Source: a virus (Duplodnaviria > Caudoviricetes). From it: DNA of 62,819 bases. Location: the IMG/VR virus record IMGVR_UViG_3300025162_000007, positions 1 through 62,819 of that record, one strand, 5' to 3'. The notes below the pieces were generated by a model that saw nothing but the letters and a program-made list of their open reading frames with translations, searched no databases and was not told where the DNA came from. Shown piece after piece: positions 27,801 through 37,906 of this stretch. Positions within the stretch are counted from its first letter, which is position 1. Every line of letters begins with the position of its first letter. A program made the position numbers and the translations under genes.

Positions 27801-29036
27801 CAATATTTGAGAAGCATATTTCCCTTTAATCATATTAAGAACTTTTTCTTCAGGGTCTTCTATTCCATACTTTGATAGAAGTCTAGCTACTACTCTAGTA
27901 GATGGTGTAAATAATCTTTCTGGCATTGTAAGAAGTTTTGCTTCTGGTTCACCAGTATTAACGGCATTCTTCATTACTTCTTGTGCATTTAATATATCAG
28001 TTTTAAGTTGTTTCTCTATCTCACCAAGTTCAGTATTAGCAAACTCTACTTGCTTCCCCTGATTTTCTGCACTAACATTTATCATATCTCTAAGTGCACT
28101 TACTGTAGTCTTTGCTTCTTTAGTTGCAGCTTTATCTGCACTTCTACCTACTTCATTAAATAAATTAGGTTCACCTAATATACTTTTTAATCCTTCACCA
28201 GCAGTAGCAAAAAGTCCACCACCTAATATGCCTGTTCCAATATCTGTTAAATGTTCAGTACCACTATACTCACCTTTATCTTGTAACTGTGCTAATGGGC
28301 TTCTTACTGCTTCATACTCCCCCATTACTGCTGCTTGTTTTAATATATTTTTTAGTGCATCTTGTTTAACTGTATTCTTAACTACTTCTGCTGCTGCCTG
28401 TGGTGCTGCTTCAGTAGCAACTTCTGCCACTTTAGGAGCAGATTTTCCAGCAATTTCAGCTAACCATTCTGGTGTATACTTTGATGCAGCTTCTGCCATT
28501 GGTGCTGCAATTTCTGGTGCAACTTCAGTAGCAACTTCTGCCACTTTAGGAGCAGATTTTCCAGCAATTTCAGCTAACCATTCTGGTGCAACTTCAGTAG
28601 CAACTTCTGCCACTTTAGGTGTAATGTTTGCTCCCTTAGCAATTACTCCACCTACCCCGCCTGTTAATGCTTCAAGTCCTGCAAAAGCTGGTAAGTCAGT
28701 AACTAAATTAGCTGCTGTAGAAACTCCATGTTGAAGTAACCATTTAAGTTTACTATCATCCCACTTAGCATAGTTAGGTTCCTTTACAGGAGTATTAGGC
28801 TCACCAGTTACTTTAGATTTTAAATAGTCAAACCCTCTTCCAGTTAAGCTAGTTTCTGCACCATACTTAACTAAGTTACCTAGAGTTGGCTCTTCAGTAT
28901 TATCAGTTACATCAGGAGATTTCATTCTCTCTAATGCAGCATTAACAGCATCTTCATTTTCTTGTGCAGGGTTGCTCCCATTAAGTTGAGCTTGATACTG
29001 TTCTATAAGTGCTTTTAAGTTTCTCGTATCTGCCAT
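24840..29036 (-). CDS. large internal virion/ejection protein (1398 aa)
   Basis: Large helical Ala/Lys/Glu-rich protein at the end of the podovirus-type virion module. Confidence 0.7.
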   Translation of the reverse strand: MADTRNLKALIEQYQAQLNGSNPAQENEDAVNAALERMKSPDVTDNTEEPTLGNLVKYGAETSLTGRGFDYLKSKVTGEPNTPVKEPNYAKWDDSKLKWLLQHGVSTAANLVTDLPAFAGLEALTGGVGGVIAKGANITPKVAEVATEVAPEWLAEIAGKSAPKVAEVATEVAPEIAAPMAEAASKYTPEWLAEIAGKSAPKVAEVATEAAPQAAAEVVKNTVKQDALKNILKQAAVMGEYEAVRSPLAQLQDKGEYSGTEHLTDIGTGILGGGLFATAGEGLKSILGEPNLFNEVGRSADKAATKEAKTTVSALRDMINVSAENQGKQVEFANTELGEIEKQLKTDILNAQEVMKNAVNTGEPEAKLLTMPERLFTPSTRVVARLLSKYGIEDPEEKVLNMIKGKYASQILAVKLETQLSKEAAPLLKELDSAQLYELMSKAKVDEKGKIIPIAPEHAAEVKGYVARFKNPTDAASRIKNIRGILDDTYISEGNKVLGKIAANTTDTIDKSMAPDEIKAMLKTNLTNMVSQAEQNPDVLKAILGNKDDFYKTLTQSLDTPTVEGYGLTKTKVTNFTPMPYEESYMPIIPKAEFMERAIKDVGLDINNPSGILQKSTEAPRHQLARGAWGLLPEQTVRDFNESLFKYIRSHAGFMHMSDANRAMLDALKIVEKSPILKDEALVSWKQKLSTALFDTMKGHEAGNIQIKTTDDLAAAIKKHFADVARATGEPLSAVDNSMLDTLFEKGHDFMRKIRKVFVDAKPIMSGKVIESTENLVGKIDAIGEVFRAEKELARGEKVILPPNFGEGSIPEEVRQEVIRNLSGAQKLIESGQVAKGSSVLQSLVSGNTIEVSRGSTRKLINSSIKDIENILEHTKLLKGSYEEVGVSKGETYFNRVEKQLKKIKNSAVDSKKVALLQDEKFQRDLEHLNKTAQVADLRHIAKVSEDGLMSVTNGKAEGYFGDMVEQYTKEYMPTIKSDAGKYFLKWLGDNIGINTEPVTLAGKNRLAGFIQRMIPQDEAAKRGVLGKLRTWFGGQFNPDATIDNVIDSSMSQIYSNLMGWKVTPILRNMSQYAFLSTPGIKVPLLWQPQLRMEALLQFAKPEFRERMQGMLLHAPHLLSETGMVFRGPFKEGSTFDKIYKGKLKLDRVGMHFWEASDRIQRYLTFAYSELAAKKVLESPNSTTLLKGLLNPVYLEQPERQYLLKILAKGTPEAASQFAEEFARKMTNNSQFVYDSLAGSGLQRKDRLTRMAMMFTKWPTEIMTRETRYAKNLFSGNNKAAAAEAVAKDIAYGAFAIAAARALGMDISDWHPLASISGKYESPVLSYATSPSFSKLNEMFTPIPAMTKSVERTFGIGKQGKNRQVITGIPLVTKGQPAKIYQDSAVGSLAKLFGGGKK
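28409..28619 (-). repeat. intragenic repeat encoding PEWLAEIAGKSAPKVAEVATE
   Basis: 66-bp exact copies at 28409-28474 and 28523-28588, partial copy at 28592-28619. Confidence 0.9.
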
Positions 29037-29045
29037 TAATATTAC

Positions 29046-30281
29046 CTACTCTGGTTTCTTTCCTGTAATTCCTAGATTATCATAACCTAACATACTGGCG
29101 AGTGCACTTGAATCATTAGTAACACCTATATTACTTCTTCTTATATAATCAACAACTCCATTAGCTCTTAATCTACTTAAGTCTTCATATAAACTTTGAC
29201 TTTCTTTATCTGGTAGTTTATTTGCTTGCCCTAAAGTTGCTATGTCTTTTACTCTTTGTATAGATAGCCCTTTTTCTTTAGCAAAGTTTAAGTCAGCCCA
29301 ATTATTTATTTCATTTATATCGTCTTGTTTAACTCCTTTCTTTATAGCTGCTCCTGCTGCAAGTTTGCCCAACCAATCTTCTCCAGTCTTGTTAGTATTA
29401 TGATAATACCAACCTTTATCTTCAGCTTCTTTAGCTTGAATTCTAAGTTGATTTTCTTTAAACATCTTTTCCCAAGCTGTATCGCCTCTAGTAGTATTCC
29501 ATTTACCTTTCTCAATATCAATGCCCATATTACGTAAAGCATCTTGATAATCTTGGTCTTTCTGTTTACTCATCCAATCATAATACTGCATTGGGTCAAA
29601 ACTATTATTTGTATTCTTATCTAATCCATGAGCTGCTGCATTACCTAATACACCTAGTAATGCTCCTATAGTATATCCAGGAGTGCTTATCTCTCCTCTT
29701 ACTGGTTTTGGTACATCATAAGGATTTATAGAAGTATCTGGTTTAGTTTTAAAATTTAATCCTACTGGGTTACCATTTCCTTTCATGAGATTTGTTACTG
29801 TTGAAGAAGTATTAGGAGCACCATTAACTATATTTGATAGTTTTACTTCTTCTTTATTTGGCGTATTTAAACCCCCTGCTGGAGTATAATTTATTCCACC
29901 AAGTAATGCTGATAAATCACTATCAGATATTCCATTAACTTGTGGAACATCTGCTTGTCTAGGTTGTTGCCCTTGTAAAGCTACTGGATTCTGTGCTTCT
30001 GGATTTTGAGAAGCAAGTCTTTTAAATATATCACCCCCTCTATCTAATTGAGGAGCCTCTAAATTAACTTCTCCACTACCAAATAATCCAGCAGGAAGAT
30101 TAGCCATATTTTGTATGGCACCTGTTCCACCTTTAAGTGACTCATTAAGGTAGTCTGCTAATGGGTCAGTGGCTCCTGCCATTCGTATATCCTTTTGAGC
30201 CTCTCTATTACCATAGTTACTAGCAGCATTATTAATTAAATTACGTAATGCATCACCTATTTGATAACTTCTAGTTGCCAT
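29046..30281 (-). CDS. putative ejection/internal virion protein
   Basis: G/N/Q-rich with hydrophobic segment YTIGALLGVLGNAAA; position in module. Confidence 0.65.
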   Translation of the reverse strand: MATRSYQIGDALRNLINNAASNYGNREAQKDIRMAGATDPLADYLNESLKGGTGAIQNMANLPAGLFGSGEVNLEAPQLDRGGDIFKRLASQNPEAQNPVALQGQQPRQADVPQVNGISDSDLSALLGGINYTPAGGLNTPNKEEVKLSNIVNGAPNTSSTVTNLMKGNGNPVGLNFKTKPDTSINPYDVPKPVRGEISTPGYTIGALLGVLGNAAAHGLDKNTNNSFDPMQYYDWMSKQKDQDYQDALRNMGIDIEKGKWNTTRGDTAWEKMFKENQLRIQAKEAEDKGWYYHNTNKTGEDWLGKLAAGAAIKKGVKQDDINEINNWADLNFAKEKGLSIQRVKDIATLGQANKLPDKESQSLYEDLSRLRANGVVDYIRRSNIGVTNDSSALASMLGYDNLGITGKKPE

Positions 30282-30295
30282 TATATTATCTCCTT

Positions 30296-30922
30296 TTATA
30301 GAACTGAAGTAGCTGCTGTTTCTGCTGCTACTCCTGCTGGCCCTGTTACTAATCCAGCTCCAAGTTTTCCTAGCCCACCAAGTAAGCTACCCCAAAATCC
30401 CCAACCACTATTAAGTTTATTTTTATAAGTCATTAACTCTTTCTGGTCAGCATATGCTTTATCAGCTAGAGCATTCTGCCATTCTCTGTTCTTCTGTTTC
30501 TGTGCCATATCATATGTAAACTGTTTTATTCTGTCATCTAAATCCTGGTTTCCTCTATTTGCCTGGTATACATCTTGATTTAATCCTAGTGCACCTTTAG
30601 TATAATTTTCTACATTACCCATTTGCTCAGCATTCTGTTTAGTAGCTAAGTCTGTATAGGTACTAGCAACTGGAGCCATTATACCAGATAATGTATTCGT
30701 TGTCAAGCGATTGCCAGCACTACCTATCTGTCCATTTCTAGGCATGCTGTTATAAGCAGTTGCAAGTTTTGCTGCCCCAGCATTGTTTATAGCATCTGTA
30801 GTTGCAGTATCTTGTAATCCATATAAACTTGGATTATTTGATGCTTGATAATACTGCCTAAGTTTATTAGTTGCCATATCATAAACATCTTTTGGGTTAC
30901 CATAACCTAAATTAATTGCCAT
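30296..30922 (-). CDS. putative pilot/ejection protein (paralog of 30935..31657)
   Basis: MAINLGYGNP...LRQYY; C-terminal glycine zipper SGWGFWGSLLGGLG. Confidence 0.65.
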   Translation of the reverse strand: MAINLGYGNPKDVYDMATNKLRQYYQASNNPSLYGLQDTATTDAINNAGAAKLATAYNSMPRNGQIGSAGNRLTTNTLSGIMAPVASTYTDLATKQNAEQMGNVENYTKGALGLNQDVYQANRGNQDLDDRIKQFTYDMAQKQKNREWQNALADKAYADQKELMTYKNKLNSGWGFWGSLLGGLGKLGAGLVTGPAGVAAETAATSVL

Positions 30923-30934
30923 TATCTTTCTCCT

Positions 30935-31657
30935 TTAATATGGTAGAGCATATGTCTTTGGTTTACGTAAGTTATTATTAAACCAAGAATTAAAATCACT
31001 GTTCTCTATATTCATGCTTGAGTCATACTGTGGTGATGAATCCACTGAACTTGATGAGTTATTAAACATGTTTCCTAATGCAGCTCCACCTATTTGTCCA
31101 GCCCCACCTAATGCTATACTACCAAATCTATCCCAACCACTAGGCTGGAAGCTATTATCTAAGTCTAGTAACCCTTTCTGTTCAGCTAACTTACGAGACA
31201 TATCCTGTAGTTGTTGTTGGTATGCTTGATATGCTAGTAAAGGTTGTGTAGCATTCTCTCTTCTACTCTCGTTATACGCACCAGTATCTAAGTTTTCACC
31301 CTGTACTTGATTACCAACCTGACTAGCTAATGCTATAGCTTTCATTTTATTAGTTAAATTATCTTGTTGTACTTGTAGCTTACCTTGCTGACTAGCATCG
31401 TTTGCTTCATTTAAGCCAAACGAGTTATCTCTAAATCCACCTGGTGTTGCAGAAGCTCTTAGTAATCCAGTTCTAGCCCCAGTTCTATTAGATGTATTCT
31501 GAGCACTAGAAGCAGAACCAAGTGTATTATTATATCCTTTTAGTATTTCATTTCTCTGTCTATTAGGGTCATCTAACTTTGCATAGTAATCTTTTAGTCC
31601 CTGCATAGCCATTGCCATAGTGTTACTTGGATTACCTGTGCTATAATTTATTGCCAT
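30935..31657 (-). CDS. putative pilot/ejection protein
   Basis: MAINYSTGNP...LKDYY; SGWDRFGSIALGGAG. Confidence 0.65.
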   Translation of the reverse strand: MAINYSTGNPSNTMAMAMQGLKDYYAKLDDPNRQRNEILKGYNNTLGSASSAQNTSNRTGARTGLLRASATPGGFRDNSFGLNEANDASQQGKLQVQQDNLTNKMKAIALASQVGNQVQGENLDTGAYNESRRENATQPLLAYQAYQQQLQDMSRKLAEQKGLLDLDNSFQPSGWDRFGSIALGGAGQIGGAALGNMFNNSSSSVDSSPQYDSSMNIENSDFNSWFNNNLRKPKTYALPY

Positions 31658-31666
31658 CTTCTTCTC

Positions 31667-32944
31667 CTATGCTATATAATTACTTCTTATCTTTCCTCTA
31701 TACTGATTAGCAAGTGACGCAAGTGCAGCATCCATTGCAGAGAGAGAACCATAATCACCACTTCCGCCAGCTAAAATATTGTTACTTGCTAATTGTTGAT
31801 TACCAGAAGCTATCATTGCTGCTTTTAATTTATTTCTGTCGTTGCCCCAAAATAATGCACTAGCTCCACCAGTGTCTGTATTTCCAAATATTCTATTTAC
31901 TACATCATTAATATTTGATGCATTTAATCCGCTGTCACCAAAGTCTTTCTGCTGTTGCCAGTTCTGAGCAAATGCAGCTTTAAGTGCATCTAACCCACCC
32001 TCTTGTTTATTTATAACATCATATATACTCTGTCTACCTTTTACTGCTTCTTCACCAGTTATCCCTTGATGGAACATTTCGTCCCCTGCATTTCTAAGTG
32101 TATTATAATCAGGCATAATATCTTGTAGACTAGTATCATAAGCTTTTATCTCATCTCCACCATACCCGTTATCTGCTGTTAGTTTACTTAGTGTATCTTG
32201 TAACCCAGTAAGTTTAGTATTAGCATCACTAACATCTGTTGAAAGATTACCTAATCCAGCATTAGCTGTATTAGCAACTCCTGCAAGTCCTGTGTCTCTC
32301 ATTCTAGCTATTGCCATCTGTAGTCCTTGTTTCTCTTTAGGAGTCATATATTCTATACCTTCTGTTGATTGAGAAGGTACTCTAAGTGCATTATAAGCTG
32401 CTTGTTGTGCCGCTAAGTTTTCTTGTTCAGCACCTAAATCAGCAACTGAAGTACCAAGTGCAGTATTAGAAAAATCTGTAGCAGCAACTTTTGCTTTATC
32501 AAACAAAGTTTTATTAAGCTCGTCTGCATTAAAGTCCCCTGTTGCATATTTATCGAAATCTGCTTCTGAAAGTTTAGGAACATATGTTGGTATTTCTGTG
32601 CTTGTATTTGCTAACTTATTTGACATAGCACGTACTCTGTCATCTATAGTCTGATTACCAGTAGAAATAGTTTGTAGTGCACCATAGTTATTACTTTCGT
32701 TATAGTTCATAGCAGCCTGTCTACCACTTCCTACTGTAGGAGAGTTGTCCTGTGAGTATGTAGATGGAGCATAAGCACGCTGTACTCCTCCTGGAGTTGC
32801 AGTAAACATGCTTCCAGTACCTGCATTACCTGATACTCTATTGTTGTTTCTACGTTGTCTATCTTGCTGAGTAGTATCATCAGAGTTTGGTTGTCCAAAC
32901 TCTTGCTGCCCTGTGTTACTATTGAACATCCATGCATAAGCCAT
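31667..32944 (-). CDS. putative virion/ejection protein
   Basis: A/N/Q/G-rich helical protein in the virion module. Confidence 0.65.
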   Translation of the reverse strand: MAYAWMFNSNTGQQEFGQPNSDDTTQQDRQRRNNNRVSGNAGTGSMFTATPGGVQRAYAPSTYSQDNSPTVGSGRQAAMNYNESNNYGALQTISTGNQTIDDRVRAMSNKLANTSTEIPTYVPKLSEADFDKYATGDFNADELNKTLFDKAKVAATDFSNTALGTSVADLGAEQENLAAQQAAYNALRVPSQSTEGIEYMTPKEKQGLQMAIARMRDTGLAGVANTANAGLGNLSTDVSDANTKLTGLQDTLSKLTADNGYGGDEIKAYDTSLQDIMPDYNTLRNAGDEMFHQGITGEEAVKGRQSIYDVINKQEGGLDALKAAFAQNWQQQKDFGDSGLNASNINDVVNRIFGNTDTGGASALFWGNDRNKLKAAMIASGNQQLASNNILAGGSGDYGSLSAMDAALASLANQYRGKIRSNYIA

Positions 32945-32945
32945 G

Positions 32946-33362
32946 TTATCTATTCCTCTCATCTTTGTATGCCTGTACTATCTTCCTTAAAGAATCCATT
33001 ATAGTATCACCATTATCTCTAGTATAATAATCATTAGCCTTTACAGGAACTCCATTCTCTCCTTTATTATATAAAGAGCCTGAGCTAGTAGGAATATTCC
33101 CCTGAGCTTTATTATGAATATAATCCATAAATGCTGGAGTGTCTGTATAACTTCCACCATTAGAAACTATTCCTGCTGATACTCCTGGAGCATTATCCAT
33201 CATTTGTCCTGGCTGAATATCAGGAAAAGACTTTGTGGTTAACCCATTTGCTACTTGTGTGCCAGCATTTTGTCCAACTTGAGCCATTAGCATTTCTTTT
33301 ATTCTATCTCCAATACCATCATTCTTTGGTGTTAACTCTTTTACTTTATAGTCTTTTGCCAT
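32946..33362 (-). CDS. hypothetical virion-module protein
   Basis: 138-aa ORF in operon. Confidence 0.65.
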   Translation of the reverse strand: MAKDYKVKELTPKNDGIGDRIKEMLMAQVGQNAGTQVANGLTTKSFPDIQPGQMMDNAPGVSAGIVSNGGSYTDTPAFMDYIHNKAQGNIPTSSGSLYNKGENGVPVKANDYYTRDNGDTIMDSLRKIVQAYKDERNR

Positions 33363-33364
33363 TG

Positions 33365-33721
33365 TTATATACCTTTCTTCTTTAAGTTTTTAACTGCAAC
33401 ATCAGTAGCAACTTTCTCTTTCATCTTTTTCATAGTATCTTCAGAAGTCATAGACATTGGTTCTTCACCAGTTGTTTCTTCATCTGTAGTTTCTTCATTA
33501 GTTTCTTCTTCATCTGGAAGACTACTTAATGCTTCTCTAATCTTTTTAATAGCAGCCTTATGGGCATTCTTCTCAACAGGTTTACTTTCCGTAGTAGTTT
33601 CTTCTACCCCTTCGTCTGTCTTAGGTTCTTCTTTTCCATGTATTAGATGAGCCATGTTATTCTTCTTTAATAGCTTCTCTAATAGTTTGTCTTTTTGTTC
33701 TTGGCTCAAATTTTCAATCAT
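33365..33721 (-). CDS. hypothetical protein with acidic low-complexity middle
   Basis: AGGAG SD; EETNEETTDEETT. Confidence 0.65.
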   Translation of the reverse strand: MIENLSQEQKDKLLEKLLKKNNMAHLIHGKEEPKTDEGVEETTTESKPVEKNAHKAAIKKIREALSSLPDEEETNEETTDEETTGEEPMSMTSEDTMKKMKEKVATDVAVKNLKKKGI

Positions 33722-33731
33722 CTTTTTTCTC

Positions 33732-34286
33732 CTATGCTATAAATATATTTACTTTATCACTTGCTAGTGATACTGTATCAAACTGTAATGCTGTAGCTGC
33801 TATAGAGCCATCTACAGTTATCTTTCTTGTTACTAAGTCTATTGCTGTTACTTTTCTTCCTTGATGAGTTGCAACGTTTCCTATATTAATTATATCATTA
33901 AGTATAAATAAATAAGGGTTAGCTACATATATACTATTAGTAGCCGTACCAACTGCAGTTAGGAACGTAGATTTATAGTAAGGTTTAATTACTGCTCTAC
34001 TATTTGTTTTACTTACTACCTCAAATCTTTCTACTCTATTCTCTCCATAAAAACTAAAATATGTTGGTGTCTCTCCTATATTATGAGCTACACTAAACTC
34101 TTCCATATTAGTTATTACAGCCCCTACTCTTAAATATCCTTTAAAATTATCTGTAAAGTTAATAGCTTTTAAGTTATCATTTACCTGCGTCATAGAAGTA
34201 TTAACCTTCTCTATAATATCAGATATGTTTTTCTCTACTGATAGTTTATTATCATAACTTAATTTATTAAATGATTTTACTTTCAT
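33732..34286 (-). CDS. putative tail-associated protein
   Basis: N-terminal coiled coil, FSVAHNIGETP (H.LG..P-type motif); follows the nozzle-like gene. Confidence 0.6.
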   Translation of the reverse strand: MKVKSFNKLSYDNKLSVEKNISDIIEKVNTSMTQVNDNLKAINFTDNFKGYLRVGAVITNMEEFSVAHNIGETPTYFSFYGENRVERFEVVSKTNSRAVIKPYYKSTFLTAVGTATNSIYVANPYLFILNDIINIGNVATHQGRKVTAIDLVTRKITVDGSIAATALQFDTVSLASDKVNIFIA

Positions 34287-37200
34287 TATAAGTTATCCGT
34301 CTGTGCTAGTGCTTTAGTATTCAACATCTTATATTCTAGCGACAATCCTTGTATCTCTAAACATTTATCTAGTTCATTAGAGTACATCTTAAATCTAGCA
34401 ACAAAACATTTCTCTGGACTCAGTGGCTGCTTAATCGAATTAAATACTGGAGCACCGCCGTAAACAGCATGCCCCCAACTAAAATGTCCATATAAACCCT
34501 TTGCCCCCTGTATATTAGCCATTAGTTCAAATCCATCATCAAAGTCATATGCATAACTTAGTGCTATATTACTATCAGCATCTGTAGTATATACGTTTAA
34601 TATTAAATTATCAAACATTTTTCTAGCAGTTTTATCATCACCATCATACCACTTAGTTATAATAGTTGACTCTATAGGAATATTGTCATCTCTATAATCT
34701 GAAGCTTCATCTAACTCTCTCATAGTATATGTTATTCCATTACTACTACTCATATACTGTGTATCGCCAAGTATACCTGTATAATAGGATTCATCTAATT
34801 TAACATAAGTAGATATTGGTGTGTTGATTAATTTATACCACGCATTCTTTTCATAGTCAAGTACAAAAGTAACATTATTTTCTGTAGCTACAACACCATT
34901 AATGTTGTATGGTACAGATATCCAGTACTGATTTACTTTAGCTATATTAGTGCAGCATGCTTTATATACTGCTGCAAAGTTCATATTCTTCCATTCTCTT
35001 TTTAACTTATTACCAACCCAGTTAATCTTAAATCCATCTGTCCCCACTAGACCAAATTTACTTAAGAATAATACTTGCTCACTTATACAAGTAATAGACT
35101 TAGGTGCAACACACCCAACATTGTTGTCTATTAGTTCTACTGAGTAAGCATCCGTACCTGCTGCTGCCATTTTATAACAACTACCTTCTTTTAATATTAT
35201 TAGCATATATGGTTGTGGATTTATCCCTACAATCATTTCGCCATTATCAGGATATACGTCATTCCAGAATATACTTTCAGTAGCAACGTTTCCAAACGTA
35301 CCAACAAACGCTTGCCCTTCACCAGCTTTTGAGAACCATATTCTGCTACCAAATGAACTTATATAAAAGTCTTTATAACTATTATTAGCTGTAAAGTATT
35401 CTGCATTTATTCTTATCTTAACTACGTCTGCCGTATGTGGTGGAGTAGATGCACTAAAGTTAAACTTTATCTTAAGTATACCTATATTACGTTGTCTTTC
35501 TCTAAGTACAAACGCTCCAGCTCCGTTAACTCTTTCGTAGTATGCATAACATTTACCATCTATCTTAGAGTTTATAGCTTCACACATTGCTCTAAGTAGA
35601 GTAGTCATATCTGTAACATTAGTTAAATCTATTCTAGTAGCTCCAGCTACTGTAGTTTCATTAGCCAAAGCAAACTCATACACTTCTATAGTACTTCCAC
35701 AGTTGATAGTAAAAGTATCCTTTACTAATATACTGCTATATGGGAAGTCCATAGAGATATACGCTTCTTGATAAGATTTACCTATCGCCATCATACATCT
35801 ATTATCCCATACTGTAAGTTGTTGTGCTATTACAGGAGCTTGTGTTTCTGGTACTATATTCTTATTACAGTATAGTACATCATTAAGTATTAGTTCAGCA
35901 TCAGCTATGTTATCTCTTATACATACGTCTACATAACCTAGAGAGCTATTACCTGCTAATGCAACCTGATTTGCAACAGAAGCATTTACTACAGTAATAG
36001 TTTTAAGTGTATTATCTTTTGCTGTCATCCTAAATATGCCATTATTGGCTACTGTCTTAAGCCCCTTAACTAATATATAATCTCCAAGTACTGCGTCTGC
36101 AATTAATTTACTTATGTCTGGACTACCTAGTAATTCTATTATCTGGTCACTACCAGATTTAGTTATAGACTTTATTTGAAAGTTACCTAATGTATTCATA
36201 GGAACTTCTAAAGCCCTATAAAAATTAGTTCCATCTGTTTCTGTTTTATATACTACTACTTTACATTTGTCTACATTATATAGTAATTCATTATTTTTCT
36301 TGTATGCTATTACTGGAACGGGTATTACTATGTTACCATTAATAGTAGTATCTCCAGCAGCAGCAGATAGCACTCTAGTTGCAGATGAACTATCCCCAGT
36401 TATAGTATCACCAGCAGAAAATAATCCAGATACATTTGTAAGATAGTAGGTAGTTCCTACTATTCTAAATAATGTTCCTGTTACTGTACCCGATGTTACT
36501 GTTTCTCCTATAGTAAAAGTTCCAGCTCCTGCTGTAGTATTTTTAGCTATAACACAAACAGTACCATATCTATACTGAGTAATACCACTCTCTACTAACT
36601 CGTTATTATTATCATATCTAGCATATGTAATTAAATACTTGTGTGCTCCTGGTGTAACACTTCCTGTTACCAAATCTACTTGAGAAAATTCCATAGAAGA
36701 AAAGTCTTCACAAGTAATAGTATCAGGAACTTCATGAAATCCCATTCTACTTATTTCAGTTCCATCATATACTAGTGGTTCATTCTCGCCATCAACCATA
36801 AATAAACTTCCACGTAGCATAGTAGAGCATACATCTGGTTCTGTAATAGTAGCGTCTGCAATTAAACTTACTGGTATGTCATACGCGCTTTCTACTTGCA
36901 TGTCTGTAAAAACTAACGGTACTAACGGTAAGCTAACTATATCAACAGGGGCTCCGCCTTCGGTTTCTGAAATCTGAAAGTCCCCTGTACCACTGTTGTA
37001 CCCTACTATAAAATATTTTATTGACTCAAGTAATGGGTAAGGTAATCCAGTACCTGTGTCTACTAGCCATATTCCCCAGCCATTTGCTAAAGAAGTTGTT
37101 ATTGGTATATTAATTTTATCTGTGCTTACATTTATTGAAGCTGCTAGTACATTACTATTTAATTCTCTATCGCAATATGAGAATTGTCCCCATCTCTCAC

Positions 37201-37906
37201 TTACTGAAACTAATGGAGAAGTACTACTATCAACCCAACTAATACTTTCATCTAAGGTTAAGTAATCTTCACCTGAATTTAAAGTAATAGACAGTATTCT
37301 AAAGTGTCTTTTATACCCCTGTAGAATTATCATGTCATCTGTTCTAAAGTTTATAGCATCTTCTACTACTAATAGATTAGAAGTTCTTCCACCATAACAT
37401 GTATAAGGAAATGTCATCGCTCCAGGAAGCACTATTCCTTGTACAGTAACTGTAGTACCAGATACATTTGTTACTAACCAAACATAACTTGAACCGCCTA
37501 TAGTTACATATACTTCATCATCAACTAAAAAGTGATGCCCTGCGTTTAGTGTTAAATCTGCTGTATGTGTTACTGGGTCATATGAAGATATGTTAGTAAG
37601 CTGTGCTTCTAACTTTAAAGCTGTAACTACTCCACAAGTATTATTACTTCTATAGTATCTACCATCTGTAGACATAACTAATTCAGATTTAGCTTCAGTA
37701 ACATATCTATCAAACTCTTTTATAGCTGATGTTGATACTGGCTTAGCATAACGTTGTCTACCTTTTCTAGTTTTAAGGGTAGACTCACGACTACGTATCA
37801 TATTTTCTAGTAAAAAGAACTCATTATCAGCATAGTTAACTAATGAGTCTTGTGAGTTCATCCCACCAGTAACATCAAAGTAATCTTTTTTCTGTAACTG
37901 TATCAC
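34286..37906 (-). CDS. tail nozzle/stabilisation protein (P22 gp10/T7 gp12-like) with inserted beta domains
   Basis: FDVTGGMN...LENM...LKTRKG N-terminus, RIWFS, NVGCVAPKSI, LFLSKFG. Confidence 0.75.
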   Translation of the reverse strand: MIQLQKKDYFDVTGGMNSQDSLVNYADNEFFLLENMIRSRESTLKTRKGRQRYAKPVSTSAIKEFDRYVTEAKSELVMSTDGRYYRSNNTCGVVTALKLEAQLTNISSYDPVTHTADLTLNAGHHFLVDDEVYVTIGGSSYVWLVTNVSGTTVTVQGIVLPGAMTFPYTCYGGRTSNLLVVEDAINFRTDDMIILQGYKRHFRILSITLNSGEDYLTLDESISWVDSSTSPLVSVSERWGQFSYCDRELNSNVLAASINVSTDKINIPITTSLANGWGIWLVDTGTGLPYPLLESIKYFIVGYNSGTGDFQISETEGGAPVDIVSLPLVPLVFTDMQVESAYDIPVSLIADATITEPDVCSTMLRGSLFMVDGENEPLVYDGTEISRMGFHEVPDTITCEDFSSMEFSQVDLVTGSVTPGAHKYLITYARYDNNNELVESGITQYRYGTVCVIAKNTTAGAGTFTIGETVTSGTVTGTLFRIVGTTYYLTNVSGLFSAGDTITGDSSSATRVLSAAAGDTTINGNIVIPVPVIAYKKNNELLYNVDKCKVVVYKTETDGTNFYRALEVPMNTLGNFQIKSITKSGSDQIIELLGSPDISKLIADAVLGDYILVKGLKTVANNGIFRMTAKDNTLKTITVVNASVANQVALAGNSSLGYVDVCIRDNIADAELILNDVLYCNKNIVPETQAPVIAQQLTVWDNRCMMAIGKSYQEAYISMDFPYSSILVKDTFTINCGSTIEVYEFALANETTVAGATRIDLTNVTDMTTLLRAMCEAINSKIDGKCYAYYERVNGAGAFVLRERQRNIGILKIKFNFSASTPPHTADVVKIRINAEYFTANNSYKDFYISSFGSRIWFSKAGEGQAFVGTFGNVATESIFWNDVYPDNGEMIVGINPQPYMLIILKEGSCYKMAAAGTDAYSVELIDNNVGCVAPKSITCISEQVLFLSKFGLVGTDGFKINWVGNKLKREWKNMNFAAVYKACCTNIAKVNQYWISVPYNINGVVATENNVTFVLDYEKNAWYKLINTPISTYVKLDESYYTGILGDTQYMSSSNGITYTMRELDEASDYRDDNIPIESTIITKWYDGDDKTARKMFDNLILNVYTTDADSNIALSYAYDFDDGFELMANIQGAKGLYGHFSWGHAVYGGAPVFNSIKQPLSPEKCFVARFKMYSNELDKCLEIQGLSLEYKMLNTKALAQTDNL

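Noticed and set aside
24840-29036. Virion RNA polymerase
   Set aside because: No DxDGD or T7-type polymerase motifs were seen, and host-type sigma70 promoters precede the early genes
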